Virus record (IMG/VR): IMGVR_UViG_3300028666_000026
Span: 64,001-105,391 of that record
Length of the DNA stretch: 41,391 nucleotides
Strand: one strand, 5' to 3'
Source: a virus
How positions within the stretch are numbered: position 1 is the stretch's first letter; the number at the start of each line of letters is the position of its first letter. Shown one piece after another: positions 17,696-27,125 of this stretch. The translations under genes were made by a program, and so were the position numbers. The notes beneath the pieces are model-generated. The model saw only the letters and a list, made by a program, of their open reading frames with translations, was not told where the DNA came from and searched no databases.

Positions 17696-19876
17696 CAGCA
17701 GCCTCAGAGCATAAATCCAGCCACACAAATTCAATGGCCGAAGATAACTGGTAATGGCACACCGACCAGTCTCAGCCTTTCCTGCTCGCCGTTGAATTAC
17801 GGCCAGCCGTATCAGAATACTGGCGTCACTCCCAATACCACGTACACCTGCGGCTCAGATGGGTGGGCTCAGCGCGGTAGTGGCGGCGGCGGTGGCGGAG
17901 CTGTGAATGGCGTTATCGTCACCACTTCTACTACGGCTTCGTGCGGACAGTTGGTGCGTGTCAACAATGGTTCGACGCCTGTTACCATCACCATGCCTCC
18001 CGGGCCACCCACGGGTTGTCAGGTGGTTGTCGAGCGCCAGTACAATTCCTCTGCTACGGTAACAATTAGTCCAAATGGCGTACCCTACGACGGCGTAACT
18101 ACTCAATTGCCCGTCGCCGAGGCCGTACTTGTATGGACAGACGGCACCAACTATCACTCTTCCGTGCCAGTAATCTATGGTGCTGGATTCACGATCACTC
18201 CTGCTGCCACTGGATTGGGGTTGGCTGCGAATGGCGTAGGACCGTACCCATCTACTACTAACTTCATCTTTGTCAGCTTCAGCGGTCTGTTCGATGACAA
18301 TCATGTTTTGAGTACTGCGGTACCTGTTTCAAGTATTAGCTGCGATGGAGTATCGCTGTGTACCGTGAACACTTCGTCTGCCCACGGTTTGGTGGTGAAC
18401 AGTCTTAACAATGGTTTTGTGGATCTGTCGCAAATTACTGGTTGGGGCGCAACCGGGCAGAGCACGAATAAGGGATCGTTCAAGGTAGCGTCGACGCCCA
18501 CGTCAACACAGTTTACTGTTGCTTCTAATCGGTCGTCATTTTCTTGTTCTAGCTCGTGCGGAAACATTTACAACGCTGGATACTGGGCTATATATCAGAC
18601 GGCTACAGAGCCGTTTATTAAAAATAGCGGTGGGACAGTCATCGGTATTGAGGACACTGCAACTGATTTGAACACTAACTTCTCTACTCTTGTTGCTCCG
18701 CTATGCGGGCTGACGGGTCCAAACTACCTCATTCTTCTTGTTGGTGCAAACGACGCAAACATTGGATCAACGGCGGCTACCATTGAAGGCTACCTAGTAG
18801 GAACCGGAGCAAACACGGGTATATGGTATCAAGCACATACTGCTGGCTGTAAAGTCTTGCAGGGGACATTTACAGCTGCCAATTATGGGTTCGCTACGCC
18901 AGAAGGAGTTTATCAAACTATTCGCGAGGTGAATCGCTGGATTCCCAAAAATGCCAAGTCGGCGACGAATGCCTCAACAGGTCAATATTGGGACGGCATC
19001 ATTGACTATAACGGAACGATGGCTTGGGCCGGTGGACAGAATGGCAACTATCTTCTTGGAGGAGACACAAACTCAGCTTATCAATTTGCTCAGATCACCA
19101 ATGCGGCTCTTGCGAACCAGCAGAGTATGCTATCGGGACCGTGGGCAGGCATGTATGGGCAAGATGGTGGCAATGCCATAGGATTTGACGTAGGAGGTGG
19201 CTGGCAGTTTTACGGTGACACCACTAACTATTTCATGGGTTGGAACAAGCAGGGCGTATGGCTGCATCAAACTCCCGGCAGTGGAGCATCCTTACTGCAA
19301 GACATTCCTACGCAATCTCCCTCTGGTACGTGGGATGTTTGTCCCTATTTGATGGGCCAGCAATTTGATCCGACTTACGGCGGAACCAATACTGCCGAAG
19401 TTTACTGTTGGCACAACGTAGGTTCCGGAAATGCACAGAACTACGCTTGGTTTGGCGGCACACAGTACGCCGCGTTTCCAATTCAGCAGTTATTCCTGTA
19501 CATGGATGGCACGCTTGGCTTTCCTGGGTACACTGTAGGCGGTTCCGACAAATACCTTGGCCTGGATCACACTAACAACAAAGTTAAGATCATGCCAACG
19601 CCGCCGCTGAGCAGCACGCAGACCACCGTCAGCTGCTCAACATCTGGTACTGCTGTGTTTTCGCAAACGCAAACAACAGTCGACAATCGTGTGCTGATTC
19701 ATCTTTCAGCCTGCCTGGGTACAGCCAGTTACACGTATCCCGTGGCGTACACCAATACGCCTAGCGTGTTCGGGTCTAACAATGTGGCTGCGACAGTGGC
19801 TACTTCAGTCAGCACATCGGCGGTAACTGTGACTGGCGCAACCAGCACCGGCGCTCTTGTTCTTGAGGACTACTAA
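17627..19876 (+). CDS. Large protein with a predicted Sec signal peptide (749 aa); possible SGNH-like esterase motif (LILLVGANDA). Function uncertain: fibre distal part or secreted enzyme
   Basis: ATG 17627 with GGAGA SD. N-terminus MRLTFTKAILAGLLITLSCVAGA-QQ has a classic n-h-c signal peptide layout. The ORF-track start at 17459 would overlap the upstream gene by 187 nt. Confidence 0.5.
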   Translation: MRLTFTKAILAGLLITLSCVAGAQQPQSINPATQIQWPKITGNGTPTSLSLSCSPLNYGQPYQNTGVTPNTTYTCGSDGWAQRGSGGGGGGAVNGVIVTTSTTASCGQLVRVNNGSTPVTITMPPGPPTGCQVVVERQYNSSATVTISPNGVPYDGVTTQLPVAEAVLVWTDGTNYHSSVPVIYGAGFTITPAATGLGLAANGVGPYPSTTNFIFVSFSGLFDDNHVLSTAVPVSSISCDGVSLCTVNTSSAHGLVVNSLNNGFVDLSQITGWGATGQSTNKGSFKVASTPTSTQFTVASNRSSFSCSSSCGNIYNAGYWAIYQTATEPFIKNSGGTVIGIEDTATDLNTNFSTLVAPLCGLTGPNYLILLVGANDANIGSTAATIEGYLVGTGANTGIWYQAHTAGCKVLQGTFTAANYGFATPEGVYQTIREVNRWIPKNAKSATNASTGQYWDGIIDYNGTMAWAGGQNGNYLLGGDTNSAYQFAQITNAALANQQSMLSGPWAGMYGQDGGNAIGFDVGGGWQFYGDTTNYFMGWNKQGVWLHQTPGSGASLLQDIPTQSPSGTWDVCPYLMGQQFDPTYGGTNTAEVYCWHNVGSGNAQNYAWFGGTQYAAFPIQQLFLYMDGTLGFPGYTVGGSDKYLGLDHTNNKVKIMPTPPLSSTQTTVSCSTSGTAVFSQTQTTVDNRVLIHLSACLGTASYTYPVAYTNTPSVFGSNNVAATVATSVSTSAVTVTGATSTGALVLEDY

Positions 19877-19942
19877 GTGAAAATACTGTTGAAGTGTGCG
19901 CTGCTGAGTGTACTCTGCCTTCTCCCTACTACAGTTGTGGCC
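19877..19942 (+). other. Predicted Sec signal peptide (VVA-QT)
   Basis: MKILLK n-region, Leu-rich h-region, AXA cleavage motif. Confidence 0.5.
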
Positions 19943-22900
19943 CAGACTTGGCGTTCATTAGCCACGGCTCGTGGGTTCACAATGGGTTGCGGCGACACGG
20001 ATCCATCCATTTTCAATAGTGATGGCACATTCAACGGTCTGGTTGCGGCTCAGTGTAACAGTATAGAGCCTGGTAATGTCATGAAGCAAAATGCGATGGA
20101 GCCGTCCAATGGTGGCTACGACTTCTCGCAAGCTGATTTGGTAATGAACTATGCGGCGGCCAACTCGCAGTCAGTCACGGCGACCGCTCCAGTTTGGGAT
20201 AATGCTAGTTATGGAGGAGGCACTCCTTCATGGGTTTCTGGCCTGAGTTCTGGCGCGCTGACGACGGCGCTGCAGAATTACGTTAATCAGTTCATGACCC
20301 ACATGCACACCAATTATCCTGGTCGCATGAAACAGATAGCACTTGTAAGCGAGGCCAGCCATCAGTGTCCCAATGGCAGCTATAATCCCGGCTATGGAAC
20401 TGGACCTTACTGCTCTATACTAGGTCCTGATACGTCTTCTGGTTCCTACGCTTCGCATGTATCTGGTTTAACCTACTTCCCTGAATACGTCACTGTGGCT
20501 TACACTCAGGCACGTGCCAGCGATCCCACTGCGCAACTCTGCTACGATGACTGGGGCTGGGAGGGTAGCGGCGCAAGTGGCTATCAGTACTGGCTGGTTG
20601 CGTATCTTAAACATCTGGGACTTGTAGACTGTGTTGGCTTGGAAGGTCAATGGCAGTATAACGCGATTCCCACCAATGTGCCATCAACTGGTTCAATTTC
20701 CTCAACTATCAGTGCGTACCAGGCTCTTGGTGTCACCGTTTACTTCTCACAAGTTCAGTTGGGCATACACACAAATGGCACCAACAATAACGTGCCAAAC
20801 ACTTACACGTCAACAGTGCCTGCCGACCTTACTACGCAAGCTAGTACATACTCTGCACTTCTCGGAGCTTGTCTAGCCAACACGACGGCCTGCAATGCTT
20901 TCTATGTGTGGGGCATATCGGATAAGTGGGCATTCATTGATGCGCCATCACCCTACGGAGTTGGCGCACCGCAGCCGTATGACGCTTCGTACAATCCAAA
21001 AGCGGCGTACACTGCAATCCAGACGGCATTGGCTTCGGGTGGCGGCACTACCTATGCACTCTCGACTGCCACCACAGGAAGCGGAACTGGAACTGTCACA
21101 GGGTGCGCTGGCAACTATGCGGCATCGGTTGCATACTCATGCACAGTGACTCCAACAGGCGGCTCGACTTTATCCAGCGTTACAGGGTGCGGAGGGTCAG
21201 GAACCACCACCTACTCTGGCTCCATGCCGGCTTCGGCCTGCACAGTTACAGCCACTTTCTCTTCTGCCGGCTGTACTGCCAGCAGAACCGCAGCCAGTCT
21301 GAATCCTTCAGACGTGTTGGCCGCGCTGAACGCCGTCAATTGCCCGACGTCCACCGTCAGTCTACCTGCTGGGCATGTGGCTTGGTCCTCTGCCATTGCC
21401 TACACAATGCCGTCAGTGATCACTAGCTTGACATTGCAGGGCGCCACTACGCTGGCCTGCACCGGCACGCCTGCAACATCGGGGTACAGTTGCACTCCTA
21501 CAGACAACACCATCATTGAGGACGCGTACCTCTCCAACACTTCACTCATTACGCTTTACTTGACCAACTCGGCCACTTCTGTCATGCGCATTACAGGCAT
21601 AACAATGCAGGGCGGCAGTGCTGGCGGCAATTCCAAGTATAACGGGTTGATTGATGTGTACAGTGGCTCGCTGCAACTGCGCTACGACCACGATCACTGC
21701 AACATGTCCACGTACTCGCCTACTAGTACGGCGTCTGTATGTCTACGCACATTCGGTCCTGTCACTGGCGTTGCAGACCACAACAAAATTGAGCTGGCTC
21801 CGAACTCTGGCGGATTCCCGACACTGCAGACCTTCTCCTTCGGCTTCTCCATATTTGGCGCATACAACGACTCCATTGGCAACGGCGATGGCACGTTCTC
21901 GCATCCTACGCCTTGGGGCTCACTCACGTCGTTCTATGTGGAGTCCAACGTATTCATAGGCGGATACACAAATGACTGCGGCGGCGCTGGAGCCATGGTC
22001 ATTCGCAATAACAATACACAGGGCAGTTACACGCAGACACACGGCACCAAGTCTGCAGCTGGTCCCGATCGTGGATGCCGCATGTACGAGGCATACCATA
22101 ACTACATCACCGGACCCACATCCGGCATAGGTCCGCTGGATGCTGTGTTCGGCTCGAAGAACGCGACTGCAATGATCTGGGGTAACACGCTGGTGAACGG
22201 CTTCTACCGCTACACCAACTTGTGCACGGATCGTAACTCCTGCGAAACGCCGGAGACTGCGCCACCAAATGGTTGGGGTTACTGCGGCACGGTTCATGGC
22301 GGGTCTGACTCAGCTTGGGACGGCAATAATAATGTCGGCTCTGGTTGGCCCTGCCTGGACGGTATCGGACGCGGTCAGGATACACAGGCTCTCAATGGGC
22401 AGGCGTTCCCAGGTAGACTAAATTCCATCACTGGCACAGTGGCGTGGTCACACCAGTATCTGGAGCCAATGTACTTCTTCATGAACTCGGGTACGCCACA
22501 AGCCGGTGTATTCGCCGAAGTAGGTTCTACCGATACCACAAACAATCGCGACTTCTACGCTGATTGCTCGGCTAGCAATGCTGGCTGCACAGGAGCATTT
22601 ACTGGCGCAGCTGGTACTGGCTACGGTCTGCTAAGCGCACGTCCGTCAACCTGCACAGCAGGTCCTGGCGGCACATATGCTACCAGTCCCACGGGCAGTT
22701 ATGGCGTAGCGTACTTCGCGACTGATGTGAATGGCGGCTTGGGCGGTCTGTATGTTTGCACAGCTACCAACACCTGGTCGTCTACGTACATCTACACGCC
22801 AGCCGCATATCCGCATCCACTCGCAGGCGGCACGCCGCAAGTCAACACGCCCACGGCCACTCCTATTGCGCCATACACTGGCACAGCAACCACTGTTGCG

Positions 22901-24439
22901 CTGGCTGACACCACACCTTCTGCCGCTATATGCTACACAGTAGACGGCTCCACACCCACCGCGCCCACACCGGGCACCTGCTCTGGCGGCACCACGGCGC
23001 TGTACACCACACCAATCAGTGTGTCGTCCACCACCACCATCAACGCTATTGGCACGCTTGCGGCATATCTGAATAGCGCGCAGTTCAGCGGCCTGTACAC
23101 CATTAGTGGCTCGTCTGTCTGCGGTGATCCTACCCAGAATGGTCCCAATTACTCGGGCACTTACAACGTGCCGCCGACAACGTTGCCGCTGGCCGTTGGC
23201 TTTACTTCGCCCACTGCTGGATGCGTCATGCATTACACGGCAACCACGGACGGCTCCACACCAGCTGCACCAACTTGCGGCGATACGACGTATCCTGGCG
23301 GCGGGTTCTCAATTACGTCAGGTGGCACGTATATCTGGCGTACTATCGCCTGCCAAGGCGGATACACCAGCTCAAACATCATAGGCGGCACCTGGACAGT
23401 TTCTGCACCAATACCAGCTTCGTTGACCGTTACAGTGAATGGCACTGGCAGCGGGTCAGTAAGTAGTTGCCCGTTGGGAACCTCAGCACCCACCGTTGGC
23501 TCGTCTGTAACATGCGCAGGCGCGCCTGCTGCCGGGTCCATGGTGACTTCGTCCGGTACTGGTAGTGCTGGCGCTTGCACTGGTGGCGGCTGTACGTTCA
23601 CTTTCAATGTCACTTCGACACTGACATATACATTCATTGCGCAAGCCTCGCCACCACTCATCACGCCGTCCACCGGCACATACACTGGAGTGCAGACTGT
23701 GTCCATGACTGACTCCACACCAGGCGCGGTTATGCGCTACACGCTTGACGGCTCAACACCCACCGCAGGCTCCACTCTGTACAGCGGTTCGTTCTCGGTG
23801 TCGGTCTCTACCACTGTACGCGCCATAGCTATTGCCAGCGGATACACGAACAGCGGCGTGGGGCAGTCTGTCATCACCATCAACTCCACATGCGGCAATC
23901 CAACTCAACTTGGGCCTAACTTTTCGGGTCCGTACAGCTCGCCACCTACCACGCTGCCAATATCTATCGGCTACACTTCGCCGACGGTTGGCTGCAACAT
24001 GTTCATGACGTTGGACAGCAGCACACCCACGTGTCTCAGCACTGCGTATGCTGGGCAGTCAATTTCCGTTACCACTACGATGAAGGTTTTGGCTTGTCAG
24101 GCAGGGTACACTTCGTCTGCTGTGCAAAGCGGAACTTGGTCTATTAACCCACCGGCGGTCACACCATTGTTCTCGCCAGTTACGGGTACGTATTCTGGCG
24201 GCACAAGCGTTAGCATTTCCACCGCAACGTTGGGCTGCAGTGCGTACATTTATTGGGCTACGCACACTCCGCCTACTACTGGTGACAATCATGGCATAAC
24301 CTTCTTCATGACGACTCCGGGCACTTACTATGCCAAGGTTATCAGTTGTCCTGGGTATACCGATTCGTCGGTTGGTTTTGCTACGTACTCTATACCGGGC
24401 GCACCTGCACTACTCATCGCTGTACCAGCAATTGAATGA
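19877..24439 (+). CDS. 1520-aa secreted multi-domain glycanase-like protein: Sec signal peptide, GH10-like (beta/alpha)8 domain, parallel beta-helix-like middle region, about six C-terminal beta-sandwich (CHB_HEX_C/Fn3-like) modules
   Basis: GTG start with GAGGA SD. N-terminus MKILLKCALLSVLCLLPTTVVA-QT. GH10 motifs: NSIEPGNVMKQNAMEPSNGGYDFSQADLVMNYAAAN, LVSEA, AYTQARASDPTAQLCYDDWG, VDCVGLEGQWQ. Repeated TPT...YT(L/V)DGSTPT modules. Confidence 0.6.
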   Translation: MKILLKCALLSVLCLLPTTVVAQTWRSLATARGFTMGCGDTDPSIFNSDGTFNGLVAAQCNSIEPGNVMKQNAMEPSNGGYDFSQADLVMNYAAANSQSVTATAPVWDNASYGGGTPSWVSGLSSGALTTALQNYVNQFMTHMHTNYPGRMKQIALVSEASHQCPNGSYNPGYGTGPYCSILGPDTSSGSYASHVSGLTYFPEYVTVAYTQARASDPTAQLCYDDWGWEGSGASGYQYWLVAYLKHLGLVDCVGLEGQWQYNAIPTNVPSTGSISSTISAYQALGVTVYFSQVQLGIHTNGTNNNVPNTYTSTVPADLTTQASTYSALLGACLANTTACNAFYVWGISDKWAFIDAPSPYGVGAPQPYDASYNPKAAYTAIQTALASGGGTTYALSTATTGSGTGTVTGCAGNYAASVAYSCTVTPTGGSTLSSVTGCGGSGTTTYSGSMPASACTVTATFSSAGCTASRTAASLNPSDVLAALNAVNCPTSTVSLPAGHVAWSSAIAYTMPSVITSLTLQGATTLACTGTPATSGYSCTPTDNTIIEDAYLSNTSLITLYLTNSATSVMRITGITMQGGSAGGNSKYNGLIDVYSGSLQLRYDHDHCNMSTYSPTSTASVCLRTFGPVTGVADHNKIELAPNSGGFPTLQTFSFGFSIFGAYNDSIGNGDGTFSHPTPWGSLTSFYVESNVFIGGYTNDCGGAGAMVIRNNNTQGSYTQTHGTKSAAGPDRGCRMYEAYHNYITGPTSGIGPLDAVFGSKNATAMIWGNTLVNGFYRYTNLCTDRNSCETPETAPPNGWGYCGTVHGGSDSAWDGNNNVGSGWPCLDGIGRGQDTQALNGQAFPGRLNSITGTVAWSHQYLEPMYFFMNSGTPQAGVFAEVGSTDTTNNRDFYADCSASNAGCTGAFTGAAGTGYGLLSARPSTCTAGPGGTYATSPTGSYGVAYFATDVNGGLGGLYVCTATNTWSSTYIYTPAAYPHPLAGGTPQVNTPTATPIAPYTGTATTVALADTTPSAAICYTVDGSTPTAPTPGTCSGGTTALYTTPISVSSTTTINAIGTLAAYLNSAQFSGLYTISGSSVCGDPTQNGPNYSGTYNVPPTTLPLAVGFTSPTAGCVMHYTATTDGSTPAAPTCGDTTYPGGGFSITSGGTYIWRTIACQGGYTSSNIIGGTWTVSAPIPASLTVTVNGTGSGSVSSCPLGTSAPTVGSSVTCAGAPAAGSMVTSSGTGSAGACTGGGCTFTFNVTSTLTYTFIAQASPPLITPSTGTYTGVQTVSMTDSTPGAVMRYTLDGSTPTAGSTLYSGSFSVSVSTTVRAIAIASGYTNSGVGQSVITINSTCGNPTQLGPNFSGPYSSPPTTLPISIGYTSPTVGCNMFMTLDSSTPTCLSTAYAGQSISVTTTMKVLACQAGYTSSAVQSGTWSINPPAVTPLFSPVTGTYSGGTSVSISTATLGCSAYIYWATHTPPTTGDNHGITFFMTTPGTYYAKVISCPGYTDSSVGFATYSIPGAPALLIAVPAIE
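22850..24400 (+). repeat. In-frame tandem array of about six 80-95-aa beta-sandwich modules inside the 1520-aa gene. Two CGxPTQxGPN(Y/F)SG modules alternate with TGTYTG...DGSTPT modules
   Basis: Repeated peptide motifs read directly in the translation. These are protein-coding repeats, not a CRISPR array. Confidence 0.5.
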
Positions 24440-24453
24440 CAAGGAGAACTCCA

Positions 24454-24945
24454 ATGAGGAAGTATCTTTACGCAGCACTACTGACGCCGCTGTTGGCCTT
24501 GGTGGCCGGTTGTCCCGGGCAAGCGCCCACACCCACGCCCACCTATGGATGTGCGGTAACGTCTGACACTGCCTTCGGGCCAATCAATGCGCCTGGGTCG
24601 ACTACAGGGGTCACATACAAGGATGTCGCGCCATTGCCGGCAGGCTGTTACTTTGTGGTGACGTACCAGGGCAGTGGCAACAGCGGCCCGTCCAACGTGG
24701 CATTGGCACTACTCAGCACCACAGACAAGGTGGTGAACATTTCCTGGGTTCCACCCACGTCTTGCGCTGGGTGCAGCTATGTTCTATATCGTGCCGCAGC
24801 TACGGCAGTCGTACCCACGGCTCCGCAGCAATTGCCGCCCACCACAGCCGTGTCGCATAATGACGCACCACTACTGCACGAGCCAGATTCCAGCTTGGCG
24901 TACTACGTGCCTAGCAAACTTACAGCAAAACCGGCCAGTCGGTAG
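24454..24945 (+). CDS. Lipoprotein (163 aa; lipobox LVAG-C, Pro/Thr linker, Fn3-like body); candidate receptor-masking/superinfection-exclusion protein (T5 Llp-like position)
   Basis: AAGGAGAA SD, ATG at 24454. MRKYLYAALLTPLLALVAGC signal plus lipobox. Located directly after the fibre/spike genes. Confidence 0.5.
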   Translation: MRKYLYAALLTPLLALVAGCPGQAPTPTPTYGCAVTSDTAFGPINAPGSTTGVTYKDVAPLPAGCYFVVTYQGSGNSGPSNVALALLSTTDKVVNISWVPPTSCAGCSYVLYRAAATAVVPTAPQQLPPTTAVSHNDAPLLHEPDSSLAYYVPSKLTAKPASR

Positions 24946-24957
24946 AAGGAGAATCTG

Positions 24958-25191
24958 ATGGCAGACCTTAGTGGCAAGACAATTCTTGGTGTTAGCAAGC
25001 AGACTCTGTCCAGCATCTTGACTGGAATTATCGGCACGCTAACCAGTCTTATGACGTTCACCGTGCCGCAGGCGTTGCTTAACCCGCAGCAAGCGCACAC
25101 CTGGCTCTGGATCAACACGGGCGCGAACCTACTGAGCATCATCCTCAAAGTGTGGTTGGGCGTTGTCACTGGTGACGCACCAACACTGTAA
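24958..25191 (+). CDS. Putative holin (77 aa, two hydrophobic segments)
   Basis: AAGGAGAA SD. Small membrane protein immediately upstream of the lytic enzymes. Confidence 0.35.
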   Translation: MADLSGKTILGVSKQTLSSILTGIIGTLTSLMTFTVPQALLNPQQAHTWLWINTGANLLSIILKVWLGVVTGDAPTL

Positions 25192-25202
25192 AGGCGGACC
25201 AC

Positions 25203-26045
25203 ATGCTACCTGTATCACCCGCAGGTCGTCGTTACGGCGTCTACCGTGACAACCCGCTTCACCCGGCACGTACTTTGCTTCGATTGTCCGTGCCGGCTGA
25301 TATACAACTGCCGCCAAAGGCTTCAACTTCGCAGTGGATGGGCCGCATCCGGGACCAGGGCCAGGAAGGCTCCTGTACTGGACAGATGGGTTCTGCGCTG
25401 CGTGACGCTCTGTACCGCAAGTTGTACATTTTTGAAAAAGACAAGAGCGTAGTGCCTTCTGCGCTTTCCGTTTCAGCATCGTTCGTGTACAAGTGCAACT
25501 TGATTGCCGACGGCGATTTGGGCACGGATGCCGGCAGCTCCATACATCAGACATTCATCACTCTCAATCAGAAGGGCGCTTGTCTGGAGGCGCTGGAACC
25601 GTACAGCGACAATGACTATTCTGCGCCACCCAGTGCTGCACAGTACGCAGGTGGTTTGACGTATCGTGGCGGCTCGTATCATTTTCTGCCTGATCTGATC
25701 ACCATGAAGGCGTGCATTGCCAGCGGATATCCGCTAGGCTTTGGCATTTCTGTGTACTCGTCGTTCGAAGACAGCTGGTCAGTTGCTGGCCAGATGCCCA
25801 TGCCAGACGTCAAGACTGAGCAACTGCTGGGCGGTCATGCGCAGCCGGTGTTCGACTATGATGACGACCTGGTATTTGCGGACGGCTACAAGGGCGGGTT
25901 GCTTATTCAGAACTCTTGGGGCACAAACTGGGGCGTATCTGCGCCAGGGCGCACAGACGGAGGCTGCTACTGGATGCCGTATGCCTACGTGGAGGCTGGT
26001 CTGGCCAATGACGCATGGATGATGCATCTTGGCAGGCCGTGGTGA
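25203..26045 (+). CDS. Papain-family (C1A) cysteine peptidase
   Basis: Catalytic triad motifs QGQEGSC (Cys), GGHAQPVFDYDDD (His), NSWGTNWG...GGCYWMPYAYV (Asn). No long propeptide. Confidence 0.7.
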   Translation: MLPVSPAGRRYGVYRDNPLHPARTLLRLSVPADIQLPPKASTSQWMGRIRDQGQEGSCTGQMGSALRDALYRKLYIFEKDKSVVPSALSVSASFVYKCNLIADGDLGTDAGSSIHQTFITLNQKGACLEALEPYSDNDYSAPPSAAQYAGGLTYRGGSYHFLPDLITMKACIASGYPLGFGISVYSSFEDSWSVAGQMPMPDVKTEQLLGGHAQPVFDYDDDLVFADGYKGGLLIQNSWGTNWGVSAPGRTDGGCYWMPYAYVEAGLANDAWMMHLGRPW

Positions 26046-26563
26046 AGTACGAGGAGCTTCGGCCACTAGTGCGCACTGGCGACATTCTTGGCTACCACGG
26101 CGTCTCGTGGTTGTCCAAGACCATTGAGTTCTTCACTGGCCGCCGTGATCAGCTGGCCTGGAGTCATGTGGCAGTCTTTTACTGGGACGGCGCAGGACTC
26201 TGGGTCGCGCAGGAGTACGAAGGTGTGGGCTTTACTTGCCAGCCAGCTTCGCAGCTAATTGGCAAGCTGCTGGCTGAGCATGGTAATTGCTACTGGGGCG
26301 CTGCGCCTGTGTTCATCACAGACAATTCACGCGGCATACTGGAGCTCATATCTACGTACAGAGTAACGCCACAACTTCGACCGTACGGCTACGGTTCGCT
26401 AGTACGTATATTGTTTGGCGGTAGTCTTGATCCTTCTTCTGTGCAAGCTGTATGCAGCATATTTGCACAGCAAGCCTGGGAGCGCTGTGGCTACAAATTC
26501 TCGCGATTATTTGCGCCTGAAGATTTCAAGCGCGTGATCACTAACATCAACTCAATTGAATAA
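26015..26563 (+). CDS. Permuted NlpC/P60 (LRAT/YiiX-like) papain-fold protein; putative cell-wall peptidase or amidase (alternative GTG start at 26042 overlapping the upstream TGA)
   Basis: GDILGYHG ... SHVAVFYWDG (His) followed by HGNCYWG (NCxxF-like Cys motif), in permuted order. Translationally coupled to the C1 peptidase. Confidence 0.4.
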   Translation: MDDASWQAVVKYEELRPLVRTGDILGYHGVSWLSKTIEFFTGRRDQLAWSHVAVFYWDGAGLWVAQEYEGVGFTCQPASQLIGKLLAEHGNCYWGAAPVFITDNSRGILELISTYRVTPQLRPYGYGSLVRILFGGSLDPSSVQAVCSIFAQQAWERCGYKFSRLFAPEDFKRVITNINSIE

Positions 26564-26576
26564 AGGAGCAAGGACA

Positions 26577-27119
26577 ATGCAAAATCTTTCGCGCAGGTCT
26601 TTTGGTAAGAGTATGGTGGGTGCTGCTGGTCTCACATTGGTTAGCGGTGGCGCACTACTCACTGAGGGCTGCAGCAGTCAGCAAGTCATCAATGAGATCA
26701 ATGTGGTACTGCAGCAGATAGCTGGCGTGTTGGCTCAGGTTGAGCCCAACGCACCTTGGGCGCAGGAGCTGCGTAATGCCATCTCAGCATTGCTGTCGGC
26801 AGAGCAACAGTGGCAGGCTGGCGGCGCGGTACAGGTCGTGGTAGACGTACTGAATACAATCGTGGCCATCACGGCTGTCATCCCCATCACCGCTCCTTAC
26901 TCGCCGTTGATCGACATTCTGGTTGCCGGCATAGAGGCCATTCTTGCGGCGCTTCCGCAGTCCACCAAGGCCGAGCGCACGGCTTCGTCGTTGGGCAACC
27001 CGCACGTCGGACGCACCGTCATCAAGCACCGCCTGTTGCATTCGTATGCTTCTGACTGCAAGACTCAGTGGAACGCGCAGGCATTGGCCCTGGGAATGCC
27101 CACGGCGGTTATCGCGTAG
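26577..27119 (+). CDS. Tat-signal lipoprotein (180 aa)
   Basis: AAAGGAGCAAGGA SD. MQNLSRRSFGKSMVGAAGLTLVSGGALLTEG-C has a twin-arginine motif (SRRSFGK) plus a lipobox Cys. Confidence 0.5.
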   Translation: MQNLSRRSFGKSMVGAAGLTLVSGGALLTEGCSSQQVINEINVVLQQIAGVLAQVEPNAPWAQELRNAISALLSAEQQWQAGGAVQVVVDVLNTIVAITAVIPITAPYSPLIDILVAGIEAILAALPQSTKAERTASSLGNPHVGRTVIKHRLLHSYASDCKTQWNAQALALGMPTAVIA

Positions 27120-27125
27120 CACAGC

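Noticed and set aside
22850-24400. Repetitive region initially suggestive of a repeat array
   Set aside because: The repeats are in-frame protein domain duplications (beta-sandwich modules) within one long ORF. No short direct repeats with unique spacers, so not CRISPR.
16679-24439. Looked for a diversity-generating retroelement (RT plus template repeat) next to the fibre genes
   Set aside because: No reverse-transcriptase-like ORF and no near-identical VR/TR repeat pair noticed around the fibre/spike genes.
24958-25191. Possibility that the 77-aa holin-like ORF is a spanin
   Set aside because: No lipobox or signal peptide, and the two hydrophobic segments fit a class-II holin topology better. 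Still only moderately supported.
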